DNA of 64,000 nucleotides from Eledone cirrhosa (GCA_964016885.1 OZ024752.1:21080001-21144000), one strand, 5' to 3'; positions 40,330 through 53,618 are shown, numbered from the stretch's first letter. A program made the numbers and translations. The notes: generated from the letters alone by a model not told the origin.

Positions 40330-41077
40330 AAGTTGAGACAGTAAACAGAAAACAAAAAAAACAACGTGGAAGCGAAGAGGCAGTGCAAATGTTAATATTA
40401 GTTTCACGCTTGAGAGTGGCAGGGGTACGTCTCGGGCATAAGCCTTTCATCAGGAGAAAAGTGGGCAGGAAGAGAGTTTCGAGGGTGTATGGGGGAGTGG
40501 TGGAAAGACATTAAAAAGGGGGCTGGGGGGGGGGAGAAAAGGGAGGAAAAATATTTTTTTAGAGAGTAAAAAAATTTTAAATAAACAGAAAAAACAAGTG
40601 GTTAAAGGGTGTAATGCATGTAGGGGTGGAGGAGAGGGGGGTAGACGGGGGGTCCGAGCGGGGAGGGCTGAAGATGGTGTGTGTGTAGGTGTACGTGTGT
40701 GTGTGGATGTGAATGTGAGAGTTGGGAGAAGAACGAGGTTCCATGTTCGGGTAATAGGGAAACCGGTGTGTACATGGGGAGGGGTGTAAGTCGGTGTGTG
40801 ACGGAGAGGGGGTGGGGAGAGGGGCGCGTGGAGTCCGGGGGCTGAGTGTGTGTGTATGTGTGTTTATATGTGGTGTGGATGTATGGTTGCGTGGTGTGAA
40901 AATAGTGTGTTTGTGTGTGTTCCTGGAGTTTTTCCACGGACTGTGAGACCGGATGTTGGAGATTCTGAGTGTGACAGGGTGGATAGCTGGAGCAATGGAC
41001 CGGTGGTGTAAAATCCTGGTATGATAGTGAAATCCATGTATGGTAGTGAGGAAGTGGAAAGTTATAGGGTGCGCGCA
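40330..41077 (-). mobile_element. Solo pLTR fragment of the C-rich 34.8-37.4 kb PLE family
   Basis: Reverse-complement similarity to ~36580-37390. Confidence 0.8.
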
Positions 41078-41718
41078 TATATACAGATATATATATATAT
41101 AAATATAAGAAAGTAAGTCCATAGAATCATTAGATAACATATATACAGTATTTCTTCTCCCAATCAGCATAATCAACCATACAAAAAATAATTTAAACGA
41201 GGCTATAAGTTTAAAATATACTTATGAAGAAATAATAGATAAATAAATGATAGCTTTTTATCCGCGATTCACAGCCACAGAAAATTTACCTAGTATTTCT
41301 AATAGCCTATAGAAATTGACTAAACATACAGTTAACCATACATAATTAGGTACAAAATCAAAGTTAGAAGAAAAAGTGTACATAAGCATCCCCAAATCAT
41401 CAAATATATCTCTACCCCCGCGGGTTTATTTTGCTTTTTGGAAATATCCGATCTTGGATAAATCAACGAGTTTCGAAATCATCAGGAGACAAACTCAATT
41501 GGACAAAGATATTTCTTAAATGATCCCCGCCAGAAACGAATTCAAAATGGCTAAGAATTGTCACGTGGCTAGTGGTCAAGTCAGAAAGCTTGTGATTGGT
41601 GCCTGTCGGCGAGTAGGCTGGTTGCTAGAAAGCGCAGCCGAATACTGCCTAAATGTTTACTCAACCTTACGGGAGTATATCAAATTTAGAAGTTTACATA
41701 CACATAAACTAAACAGGA

Positions 41719-41755
<37 letters not shown>

Positions 41756-41854
41756 TTTGGCAACCATTCACGGTGTGGCTCAATGACGAATTAATTAATT
41801 AAATAATCAACAATCAGAGCAATATATAAGAAAATAAGTCCATAGAATCATTAG

Positions 41855-41896
<42 letters not shown>

Positions 41897-42383
41897 TGTA
41901 TACATATTTACAGATAACTCTAAATCTTCTTTGTGGCCTCCATCCCCCTAAATCTAAAACTACTGCTAGGGATGGAATTAATATTTTAATAACTCTAAAT
42001 CTTCTTTGTGACAAAACAACAAGGTCAATGTTGATGATTTCTTCTAACAAAATACCAAGAGATATTTTTAGTCAACTCTAAGGTCACCCAGCCTTTCAAA
42101 CCAATCCCAGCGAAACCTTGTATCCACTATTCAAAGGGTTCCATATAGCAGTCTGCAACCACAATCAACCTTCCCCTACCTCCTCCCCTCCTGCTTCTAC
42201 CCTCTTCAATCACAACAAAGCCATTAGGAGGGGAAGATGGACTGACAAAATGACTTTCCTCTCTGAAGGAAAACGTATGTAAAACTTTACTTCCCCTCTT
42301 TATATTTTCTTTTCTTTTTTTTTGTTATTAGCATTACCTTCACTATTTGTACAAATATGCAACTTAACAATATTCTGCATATC

Positions 42384-42423
42384 TGCAATTGACAATGCAT
42401 TTAATGCTGAAACCGGTATTGTA
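42384..42423 (+). ncRNA. Minimal hammerhead motif with U3:A8 core (second copy 46730-46767)
   Basis: TGCAA TTGACAA T-GCATT-T-AATGC-T GAAA CCGG TA TTGTA. Confidence 0.68.
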
Positions 42424-42559
42424 AATAAATCAATGTTTTGATATCTGGCTGAAAAAATCTCTTCAACATTTTCTACTGAAAGACCCTTTTTCTTTACTAC
42501 TATTTGTTTTCATATATATTAACTCGTGTGTTACCTTTCTACACTCGTTATATCATACC

Positions 42560-43816
42560 CCCACACGAGATACAGAAAATACCGACAAAAACAGATACAA
42601 TTATCATTAACATAAATGAAGAGATACTCAGAGAACTGCAGAAAATAAACACTAATCTGTCAGTACTCGTCAACAAACTAGATTCGACAAATGAGGAAAC
42701 CAACCCCAAATACAATTCCTCCCAAATCACCGAAAAACTCCACAACCTATGTGAAACGATCAAAACACACTTTACGAATAATGCAAACCTAATTCAAACA
42801 AACGAGGAACCATGTGGCACTGATATACTAACAACATACAAAATAAAAAACCAAACAATACCACAATGGAACACATCACTCAGAGACAGAAAATTCTCCC
42901 TTTGAAAGATGATCTAAAACGACAACAAAGCGGAGATTTATGAAAAATAGCTCAATTCATCCCCATTAATCCTTCCCCGCAAACTACAGATTAAACCCAT
43001 CCCAGATGAACCCGAGACACAAAGACGACTTCGGGAAAGAGTGGCACTGGAACAAATGAAGACAGAAATTGAACTTCTAAAATTGAAAGCTCAGACAAAT
43101 GAGGATAAAATAAAATCCATCGACGAAGAGATTAACCAAGAAATTAACCAAAAAACTCAAGGCACCTAGAAAATATCTCTAAACTATGGATAGAGTATTG
43201 CAACAAGGACGAACTGAAATCCCTTCAACGCTGGGAAAAAAGCGAAACTTGGTTCTTAAACTATGGAACAATCTTTCAAACAGAATACACTTCCAACAAC
43301 CCCTTCATAAAAACAAGAAAACCTAAATACCACTCAGACACTGTTCAACAACCAACAAAAAATACAACCTCCTCCCCTACTAAAAAAAGAAGGCAATACC
43401 TAATCCTTACCTCTTAACCCAACCGCGCAGCAACTACGCGGACACCCCTGCAACACAGAAAGAAATAAGAAAACATCACCTCCAGGATTTGTATTACAAC
43501 CTCCCACCCACTAGGAGATACCAAACAAACCTCCATTCTTACAATCCCCCAACCACCACACACAACAAACCCAAACCACTCGATATATTCAGAAACGAAG
43601 GTCCCTAAAACACAACTACCATACATGATATATAGGGACACATAACCACACACTAAATATAGGGACGCCCTAATCAACCCACATCCACGAACACGAACCT
43701 TCAATAACAACAGCAGGGAACAATACAACCACAGGAGACAACCCAACATCAACAACCATCACAAGTACCTTAATCATTTTTTAGACCCAGTACACAGACA
43801 CACGGAAACGAGATGA
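42560..43816 (+). pseudogene. PLE ORF1 remnant (coiled-coil rich, Asn/Gln/Pro-rich C-terminus)
   Basis: Frame of ORF 42504-42905 continues through stops as EIYEK*LNSSPLILPRKLQ..ERVALEQMKTEIELLKLKAQ..IKSIDEEI; final segment ends NHFLDPVHRHTETR* overlapping the ORF2 ATG. Confidence 0.65.
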
Positions 43817-46590
43817 CACAAGACATACAGGAGAGACCAAAAGTAATAAAAGTCATAAATTTAGCCACTAAAGAACTAACAACAGACCAAATCAACATAC
43901 TCTCCAAAGGGGTGACATTTACCCCCCCCCCCCCACGCCCAAACTACCCCGAAATGAAGAAAGACCTTGCGGAATTCTGTAGAAAACTAAAACTTAGCGA
44001 GGAACTACACAACAAGTACAATGAGGACGACTCACTAGCTAGAAATAGAAGCAACTACACCCCATCAAAAGTTAAGAACAAATTCCTTGACCAATTCTGC
44101 GAACACATTACAAATTACCCATATCAACAGCTACACAGACATAAACACAAGCCAAACCTCAACAAAAAAGAATGGGATGAGCTGAACAGATTAATGAATG
44201 ATAACACTTTAACAATGAAAGAGGCGGATAAAGGGAGTGCGGTAGTTCTTATGGAGACAGAATATTATACAACCCTAGTACGCTCATCTAAGATGAAACA
44301 TACACGAAAAGGCTCAACACTACAGCCAACAGAAAATAATGAGAAACCTAAAAACAACCATTTACAGAGAAGCACTTACCGACAAGGAATACAACTATAT
44401 CACTGACTTCAAAAGCAAACCCAGCCTCCAAAAAACACTTAATAATGAACATACCCTACTCGTGTCTTTTGATGTAGTCAATCTTTATTCCAATATCCCA
44501 CACAACCTAGGAATAGAGGCAATCCAATTCTGGTTAGAAAATTACCCCAATCAACTACCACACCACATCATAAAAGAATTCGTAATAGAAGGGCTCAAAT
44601 TTATCTTGGAGAATAACTACTTTGAATTCGATGCCAAATTCTATAGACAGAAATCTGGGACTGCTATGGTCACGAAAACGGCCCCCTCCAATGCCAATCT
44701 TGTTATGGGATACTTGGAAATCACCCTCTACCCAAAAGTACTAGATAAATACGGAAAGCCCTTCTATCTCCACATAGAAAAACACTGGAAGAGGTATCTG
44801 GATGATTGCTTCATCCTCTGGCATGAAAGTATAAAAAGACTGATTGAATTTAAAACACTTCTAATTGGACTCAACACAAACATTCAATTTACAATGGAAT
44901 ACAGCCATCAACAACTTCCTTTCCTCGACATCCTTATCAAGAAAATCAACAACAAAATAGAAACAGACATATACTATAAACCCACAGATTACATACAGTA
45001 TCTTCCATTCAACTCATGCCGCCTTAGACACACCAAAATGAGCATTCTTTACAACCTAGCCAAAAGGATCTGCACAATAGTATCTGATAAATACACATGC
45101 CACATACGACTAGAAGAATTAAAGAACACACTTATTAGCAGGAATTACCCACCATCCCTAATCAACAATGTATTCCAGCGTGCCCTAAAACTCTACATCC
45201 AGGAACTTAGACACCCCAAACCAAGGAACAAATCAAAACAGAAAACTCTACCATGCATCTCCACACACAACCCTATTTGACACCATCCTCCAGAACATAC
45301 CTTTACTAAAAAGAGACCTAAGAATGAACCAAATCCTCCAAACGCACAATATCATAAAGAGCAAAAGACAACCAAAATCAATAAAAAACATCCTTACACA
45401 GGCCAAAATCCAGCCAACCCCCACAATGAACCCTACAGTAAAAAAATGTGGAAGACCTAACTGTGGTATATGTACCAATCTAATAGAGGGATCAGAGTTC
45501 CACTCCAAACAAGGACAACACAATTAAACACAGTTAAACACAATTTCACATGTGCATCAGAAAACCTAATTTATGTGTTGACCTGCTCAGGTTGTCGAGA
45601 GCACTACATAGGACAGACTAAAAACAGCCTCCGACAACGTATGACTGTCCATAGATCCCAAATCAAAATACGGGAATACAGAAAGATAGCCCTGAGTGAA
45701 CACATCGTGACCTGCGCATCTAATGAACAACCCAATTTTAGAATTTTTCCCATCTACAAATTCAAAGACAATGCTTCCTACATCAAGCACATTAGCAACG
45801 AATCACCAAATACAAACCCCTTCTAAATGCTTCCACTTCAGACTAAATTAAAGCTGGCATACTTTAAAATTAACACCCTAGACAAATTAAGCCTTTAGCA
45901 ATGTATCCTTCTCCAAGATTCCAGCAACCTCTGACAACTATATAATGCAGACCAAGCAACCACATAGAAACACCCACATCAGCTAGTCCTGGAGGACTTC
46001 CATGAAGATAATTGGATAAATGGAAGCATTCAGGTGTCAAACTAAATGCTTTACATCCCTCTGAATCTGGAAGTTTCTGCTGTAGATAGAATGGGCATCC
46101 CAGTGGCTCTGAACCCCTTTTTGTGGAACATTTTTCTCCATTCCCCTAAATCTGGAATTTCTGCTAGGGATGGAATTAGTATTTCAATAACTCTGAATCT
46201 TCTTTGTGGCAAAAAAAACAAGGCCAATGTGGATGATTTCTTCTAAGAAAAAATACTAAGATAGATATTTTTAGAAGCAATCACCCCCCCCCCCCCCCTC
46301 CCTGGTCAACTCTAAGGTCACCCAGCCTTTCAAACCAATCTCAGCTGAACTTGTATCCACTCCTCAAAGGGCCTCCCACAGCAGTCTGCTGACACAACTA
46401 TCCCCTGCTTCCTCCTCCTCCTCCTCCTCCCTTTTCTCCTCCTCCCCCTTCCTTCCTCTACCCTCTGCTTCTACCTGTCACAACCAAGCAGAGTAGGATG
46501 GACAGAGAAATGAACCTACTTCTCTGAATCAAGATCTATGTGAAAATTAATTTTTCTTCCCCTTTTTATTTTCATTTTCATTTTTATAAT

Positions 46591-46680
46591 AATTGTTTCT
46601 ACTTTTGGCACAAGGCCAGCAATTATCCCAGTGTATTACTGGTACTTTATTTTATCGACCCTGTAAGGATGAAAGGCGGG
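46591..46680 (-). mobile_element. SINE fragment (Nin-domain type) inserted in the 3' pLTR
   Basis: ACTGGTACTTTATTTTATCGACCCTGTAAGGATGAAAGGC matches, from memory, the Nin-SINE core; absent from the 5' pLTR at ~42300-42340. Confidence 0.7.
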
Positions 46681-46869
46681 ATTATCACTATCTGTACAAA
46701 TATGCAACTTAACAATATTCTGCATATCCGCAATTGACAATGAATATAATGGTGAAACCGGTATTGTAAATAAATTAATGTTTTGATATCTCACTGAAAA
46801 AATCTCTTCAACATTTTTTACTGAAAGAATCTTTTTCCTTTCTACTATTTGTTTTCATATGTATATATA

Positions 46870-48036
46870 TCTATATATATAAAACTGTAGTTGTCTGTGT
46901 GTGTGTCCTCATTTTTGCAAAGTCTATACAAATCCACATTTCTACTCCGATTGACTTCAAACTTGCATTTATATATTCCTTGCGGTCTAAAGATATTAAC
47001 TGCAGCTTTTATTTTTCAATTTTCTGTTGTTAAAGGAGTGTTAGGCACCAGTTATCCATCACCGTCGCGCTCTTATAATATCTGTCTGTATGCCTAGCTG
47101 TCTGCATTGCGACTTTCTGACGAACATTGATGACGTATTATGTTCGCTATTTTCCGTTCATTGCCAGGGAACGTCTCCACGAACCAAAGTATCGTCTTCC
47201 TGTTTTCCTTCGGTTGCAACGTTTTTCGAAATATTTACTTCTGCGTTCACCGATTGATTTTTTTAGTTTCAGACGATCCCGTTAAGGGTGAAAGCAGCGA
47301 TTCTTTGCTTAAACTTTAATCTGTTATTTTAATATATAATATAAGTGAGGCAAGCCAGCCCAGTTGCCACTTCTTGCCAATAAACATTAACCCTTTATAC
47401 GTCATTCATCTAACTGTAGACCAACAAATACCAACTAAACGGAGCATTGACAAGAACGATGGCAAATGAATCTTCGAGGTAAGCAGTTTCCTCCCGAGCT
47501 GTTAGTTCACGTGGATTCTCTGCTACACCTTTTCGTAATAATACTGAACAACGTACTGCTGGTCACTCCTTCTTCCAAAAGCCGTACAAAGCGGACATGT
47601 GCATCGGGTAGATGGATCGGGTGCAAATCTAGACCAGGCCTACGCGAGAAATTCGCAAGGGACTGCATCGAGAGGGATAGAGAGAAAGAGTAACTTAGTG
47701 GAAAGAGTGCGAATGAACTTTTCAGGTAAGTAGCCTACGCCTTACTGCTATGACACTGGAACCTTCTGCCAACTTAACCTGTGACTTTCTCTTTCACATT
47801 TACTCCAAAAGGCCAAAACAGAGGAGTATGAAAAGAAGGGGCTCAACAATATTTCTATGAACAATGCACGTAGGCAGTTAAACTGTAATTTCAACTTCTT
47901 AATTTTCTCCAAATAAAACAAGTTTCCTGTCAGTATATTTTCGTGAGTTTTTAACAGGCACTCACAAATAAACGTTTCTCATTGGAGGTGCTATTACCAA
48001 TGTTCTTACCCGTGCAACGCCGGCATACACTGCTAG
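46870..48036 (+). mobile_element. Non-autonomous Helitron
   Basis: Starts A|TCTATATATATAAAACTG, ends CCCGTGCAACGCCGG hairpin..CTAG|T; A-T insertion site, no TSD. Confidence 0.85.
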
Positions 48037-48050
48037 TATGTATATATATA

Positions 48051-48127
<77 letters not shown>

Positions 48128-48137
48128 GTATATATAT

Positions 48138-50256
48138 ATTATGAAATAACAGGACGCTGGACTGGTGTAAATCCTTGAAAGGTTTATTATACTATGAACA
48201 TTTCAGTGACCCGGTTCAGGTATGAATCCGGTCACATCATCAGGTATTCGAAATTTAACAATGGAATATAATAGACAAAATCCATGGGGCTGAAAAGCAG
48301 AAACAGGAGGGCGGCCGAACATTTACCAGCTTCTAGCCCGGTCAGCCACCCTCAAGTGATGATTATTAAGTCTTCTTATGTCCATCTGGTGAAGGGCGTA
48401 GGCTTATAGTGTACTACTACCACCCCGTCATAGACAGAGGCCAGCGGTGAGATCAGGTTACATTCAAGCTGGACAGAAGTGCTAGAAAGCGCTACGAAAA
48501 ATATTTTTTAAAAAAACACATATGTTTAACAAAGCTATATATAGGACGTCTGCGCAGTATAATGTATGGTCAGAAATTACGATTAACAATTAGAAACGTT
48601 AAATTTATGTTTAGAGTTAAAAGATGCCTTTTAAGATGAAATTAGAAAAGTAAGTTTAGGTTTAAAGCTGGCAGATTTAGTTAAAGAATTTACAGAAGGA
48701 GGCTTTTATGAAAAAGTTTAAGTGTATTATAGATAGTCACGATAAAGTTTCAGGGTAGAATATAGAGTAAAGATTAAGCACATGCTTAGCGGTCATTAAC
48801 CAGCACCGTTGTGGACTCCCGCCCAGCCTGTGGCCCAATGGCGTGTCAACCGTTCCGAGTATTTTCGTCTAGCGAAAGAAGGGGAAACTTATTTTTCCAA
48901 GCACTCTAGGAAGGCTGATCGACCCGAGCGCCTGACGTGCAGTCGGGAAAGCCACCACATCCGTCGGATCATCGCGTGTACCAAACGATTATTAGTTATT
49001 CACACGCGTAATCTGAATTTTAAAAGTGGCAAAATTTGATGAAATGTGTAAATAGACTATATTTAGTCCCCAGTTAGTCTGGGTTATATGTTGTGTGATC
49101 TTGGGTGGGTAGGGGGAGTGAATAAGGATGAACAGATATAATGTACAGAGAGTAATATTCTAGGGTCGTGTGCTAATTTTAGGTAACAGATGAGTACAAG
49201 GATAAGTATATAAGGAGAGTAAATGGAATAAATAAATACATAAATAAAAACAAATAAAATGTATAAATAAAATGCAGTCATACCTAGGGTGGTAATTGAG
49301 GGGGTAAAATGGAAGTATATAAAAACATATCGAAGAAATAAAATACAGATCAAGGTGCAGTAAATGAACAATAGATAGCACGGTTGGAGAATACAAGGTT
49401 ATATATATAGATATAGAGGATGGAAGAGTTGGAGTGGTATCAGGTGATAGTTAGTGTAGGTTCGAGTCTTAATTTTCGAGTCTTAATCCCACAAACCCTG
49501 AAATATAGGATAGAGAATTCAGTCAATACAATACAGGGTATAATAGAATATGTTGATTTTTTTTACGAATCTATGAGGTCTGACGGAGTTTGAGTGTTCC
49601 CGACCGGGAAGCAGCAATGCATGGTCTGGGTGGGTGGTAGACATAGTTTAATGCAGCCAAAATCCGAATGGTGTGTAGTTAGTCCCATGCTAGCGGTAGC
49701 TGTACACTAGAGCCAGGGCCGCTGTTCCTTATTACATCTGAAAGCGCTCGTCGACATTTCCTGGAGCTTTATTTATTTAGGTTTGTTGGTTCATCACTGG
49801 ATAGAACTGGTCATTCCGTATGGTCAACCTCGATGTAATATTATGGAGAGCACTCGACGTAATGCAACTCACCCGTCTTCGTTTGTGTAGTTGGTGGTGC
49901 GAGTACGGAGTTAATTATTATAAAATAACAGGACGCTGGACTGGTGTAAATCCTTGAAAGGTTTATTATACCATGATCATTTCAGTGACCGGGTTCAGTA
50001 TGAATCCGGTGACATCATCAGGTATTTGAAATTTGACAAAGGAATATAATAGACAAAATCCATGGGGCTGAAAATCAGAGACAGGAGGGAGGCTGAACAT
50101 TTAGCAGTTTCTAGCCCAGTCAGCTGCCCTCAAGTGATGATTATTAAGTCTTCTTATGTCCTTCTGGTGAAGGGGCGTAGGCTTGTAGTGTACTACTACC
50201 ACCCCGTCATAGACAGAGGCCAGCGGTGAGATCAGGTTACATACAAGCTGGACAGA
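48138..50256 (-). mobile_element. Non-coding element bounded by ~340-bp direct repeats (48138-48477, 49917-50256), each with an HHR
   Basis: Direct repeats seen; minus strand ATAC CTGATGA TGTGACC..GGTCACT GAAA TGTTCA TA GTAT at 48189-48247 and copy 49968-50025; no recognisable ORF inside. Confidence 0.82.
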
Positions 50257-50334
<78 letters not shown>

Positions 50335-50429
50335 TATATATATATATACACACACACACACATACATTCAAGTATCTATGTATGTATAATTTTAAACAAC
50401 AGTATCTATGTATGGACATATGTATAAGT

Positions 50430-50465
<36 letters not shown>

Positions 50466-51048
50466 TGTTGCTATAGGAGTCGATCGAGGCAGGAGTAGGG
50501 GTGGTGAGCGTGTAGGGGGTGGTTTATCTTGGGCTACTGTCCCTATAGCTTGAGGGAAGTTCCCATCCCAATGTGTTGTTTTGGTCCATATAGCTTGAGG
50601 AAGGTCCCGGCCCTGAGGTGTCTACATGTACCTAAGAAGTGATTCCTGAGGTTTATTAGGCTGCTTCCACTGCTGAGTATCTCGAGAGTCTCGCTCAGAC
50701 ATAATTTGCAGATACCAGATCCCCCTCTATCAGGTGGTACTTTCCTGATTTTGGACCATGCCAGAGAGTACGGGGTCCTGTCCAGCTTGAGCTTCCAGAT
50801 CAGTTCGGAAAGAGCCGTACTTTTCCTTTTGTCCTCCCTATTAAAGGAATGGCGATGGTTATACCATCGGTCTTTGAAGCTCGTTGATGTGGCTCCTATG
50901 TAAAGGTTTTCAAAGTTGGGGGTTTTTACTCTACATCCGTATATTAAGTTCTTCCTTAGGCATTCATTACTAAGGGGAATAATGTGGGGGTTCTGCAGTT
51001 GCAGGAGGTGGTCGACCCCCACGTGCCTAATGTGGGGTTCCCGTTGCG
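50466..51048 (-). mobile_element. GIY-YIG 3' fragment of the 25.9-29.7 kb PLE family
   Basis: NLIYGCRVK..YIGATSTSFKDRWYNH..CKLCLSE; similar to 27170-27690. Confidence 0.9.
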
Positions 51049-51051
51049 TAT

Positions 51052-51815
51052 TGAACTAGTTTCAAGCTTATTAGCTATCGTCAGCATCGTATACCTTCCT
51101 GTCAGATGATTGAACGTTTGAAAGTATATACTTTCCTTATTCATATTAATGGCTGACGATATCTAATAAGCTTGAAACTAGTTCATCGTTCCTTTGTCAG
51201 TGTTGAACAAAATGGCAACGATGGTTGCCGAACACTCTACGGCTTAATTCGGGCTGTTTGTTTATAAACAAACCGAACATTATAATAAATTTTCGGTAAA
51301 CTCATACATACATATATATATGTGTGCATGTATGTATATATATACATACTACTGTACGTATGTATACATATATGTATGTATGTATACATACTTATTGTTG
51401 AGTATCAGCCGTACTAAGAGTGTGAAATGAAATTTCATTTCATTCTTTTCCATTTATCGTTTTCGGTACGCCCGGCCGACTAACTCATTCAATATGCAAA
51501 TTAGGCTGCTCAGCCGTTAATATGCATAAGGACTTTCAAACGTTCAATCATCTGACAGGAAGGTATACGATGCTGATGATAGCTAATAAGCTTGAAACTA
51601 GTTCATCGTTCCTTTGTCAATGTTGAACAAAATGGCAACGATGGTTGCCGAACACTGTACGGCTTAATTCAGGATGTTTGTTTACAAACACACCGAGCAT
51701 TATAATAAATGTTCGGTAAACCCATACGTACATATATATATGTGTGCATGTATGTATGTATATACATACTACTGTACGTCTGTATACATATATGTATGTA
51801 AGTATACATACTTAT
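51052..51815 (+). mobile_element. 420-bp tandem HHR-containing repeat (retrozyme-like) with inverted 5' piece
   Basis: HHR cores at 51153 and 51573; 51153-51395 repeated at 51573-51815; 51052-51125 is the reverse complement of ~51532-51605. Confidence 0.82.
51567..51609 (+). ncRNA. Minimal type-I hammerhead motif
   Basis: ACGATG CTGATGA T-AGCT-AATA-AGCT-T GAAA CTAG TT CATCGT. Confidence 0.82.
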
Positions 51816-51854
51816 ATTATATATATATGTATATATATATATATATATATATGT

Positions 51855-51974
<120 letters not shown>

Positions 51975-53400
51975 TTATTAAAATAACAGATTAAAGTTTA
52001 AGCAAAGAATCGCTGCTTTCACCCTTAACGGGATCTTCTGAAACTAACAAAGTCAATCTGTAAACGCAGAACTGGATATTTCAAAAAACGTTGCAACCGG
52101 AGGAAGACAGGAAGACGATACTTTGGTTCGTGGTAACGTTCGCTGGCAAAGAACGGGAAAAAACGAATAATACGTCATTAATAGGAGCGGTGAAAAACAA
52201 TTACGCGCAAAGACAAAACCACGTTTATGGTATAAAAGAGGTCGTAGACTAATGTTCTCTTAGGTGGTGCATAGAGACGTTTTCTGGTGATGAACAAAAA
52301 AACTAAGATAATAAGTCATATGTGGAGCGTGGAGAAAAATAGCACGCAAAGACAAAACCACGTAAATGGTATAGCAGAAGTTGTAGCCTAAAATTCTAAC
52401 TAGGAGACCAAATGAATCTCCGCTACAGAGTTAAGAACAAAGTAAATAAATACAATACAGAAGTAATAGAAACAAATAAATACATACACGCAAACAGATA
52501 CGTACATACACAAGCATACGCAAAACCTTACCATGGGTATACAAAACCACGCACATATAAATATGTGTGTGTGTGTATGCTTGTGTACAAATAAATAAAT
52601 AATTATATAAACGTATAGAAGTAAATAAATACGTATATAACGAGCGCACATGCATACCTACATATAAATACACGAATGTTCGGAGACGTAAGTCAACTAA
52701 AACAAGAAGTACACATATACACCCACCCACCATACGTACGAACCTGCACACTCACGCGGGCGCAAAACTCCCGTATACACATAGCCAAACCCTAAATACC
52801 AGAATATGTAAAAATTATACGCTATAACAGTCAAATATACGTACGAGAAGGTATACATACCTTCACAAAACATACGGGTAATATATACTTACCTATGCAA
52901 ATAAGTAAAGGAATAAACAAAACATATACTTAGCTCCCACATCAAGACGTAAAATATCCACGTATAGATCGTGCTATCCGTTAGGGTATAACGTGGGGCT
53001 GTAATACAGGAAAGTTTTGTGCAACTTATGTTTACAAGCCGAAATCGCCTCAGATTTTTTGTTTAAGATGTGGTCTGTAGCGTAGAGTATTTCCAGGGCC
53101 TCGGCGGCGCAGAGGTCACATGGTCTTTTATTTCCGTTATACGATCTAGCCCTAGCTAAGATCTCCCAGTGTAATTTATATTGGGTGTGGTTGTCTTTTA
53201 GACTCCAGATATAAGCTGAAAGTGTCGTCATATTCATTCTTAGAGGGTAACGAAAAGAGTGGGTATGCATGTAAAGACGCTGCTTGAAACTATTGGCGGT
53301 TAACCCTATGTAGGCCCTACGGGACGTGGGTGTTACAACCTTACATTTGTAGACAATGTTACTAGAGAGGCATTTCCCGGATAGGGGGCAATCAGCCCGA
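51975..53400 (-). mobile_element. PLE 3' fragment (GIY-YIG 52974-53400 + 3' UTR), same family as 13-16 kb
   Basis: ORF 52974-53270 near-identical to 13983-14522; 3' UTR colinear with 13065-13980. Confidence 0.9.
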
Positions 53401-53468
53401 TATATATATATGTATATATATATATATGTATATATATATGTATATATATATATGCATATATATATGTA

Positions 53469-53593
<125 letters not shown>

Positions 53594-53618
53594 ATATATA
53601 AATATATATATATGTATG

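Larger units (their letters stand above)
41905..46860 (+). mobile_element. Near full-length degraded PLE (Neptune-like by my reading) with direct pLTRs (~41905-42515 and ~46100-46860), ORF1 and RT-GIY-YIG ORF2
   Basis: ORF2 pieces: VINL..LSKGVTFTP, KEADKGSAVV, SFDVVNLYSNIPH, GTAMVTK.AP..ANLVMG, WKRYLDD, YYKPTD, NLIYVLTC..YIGQT; terminal direct repeats with HHR. Confidence 0.92.

Noticed and set aside
42900-43170. In-frame TGA as selenocysteine, as in Naiad PLEs
   Set aside because: Stops are a mix of TGA/TAA/TAG, some at apparent Trp positions; the element has C-terminal EN; ordinary decay explains them
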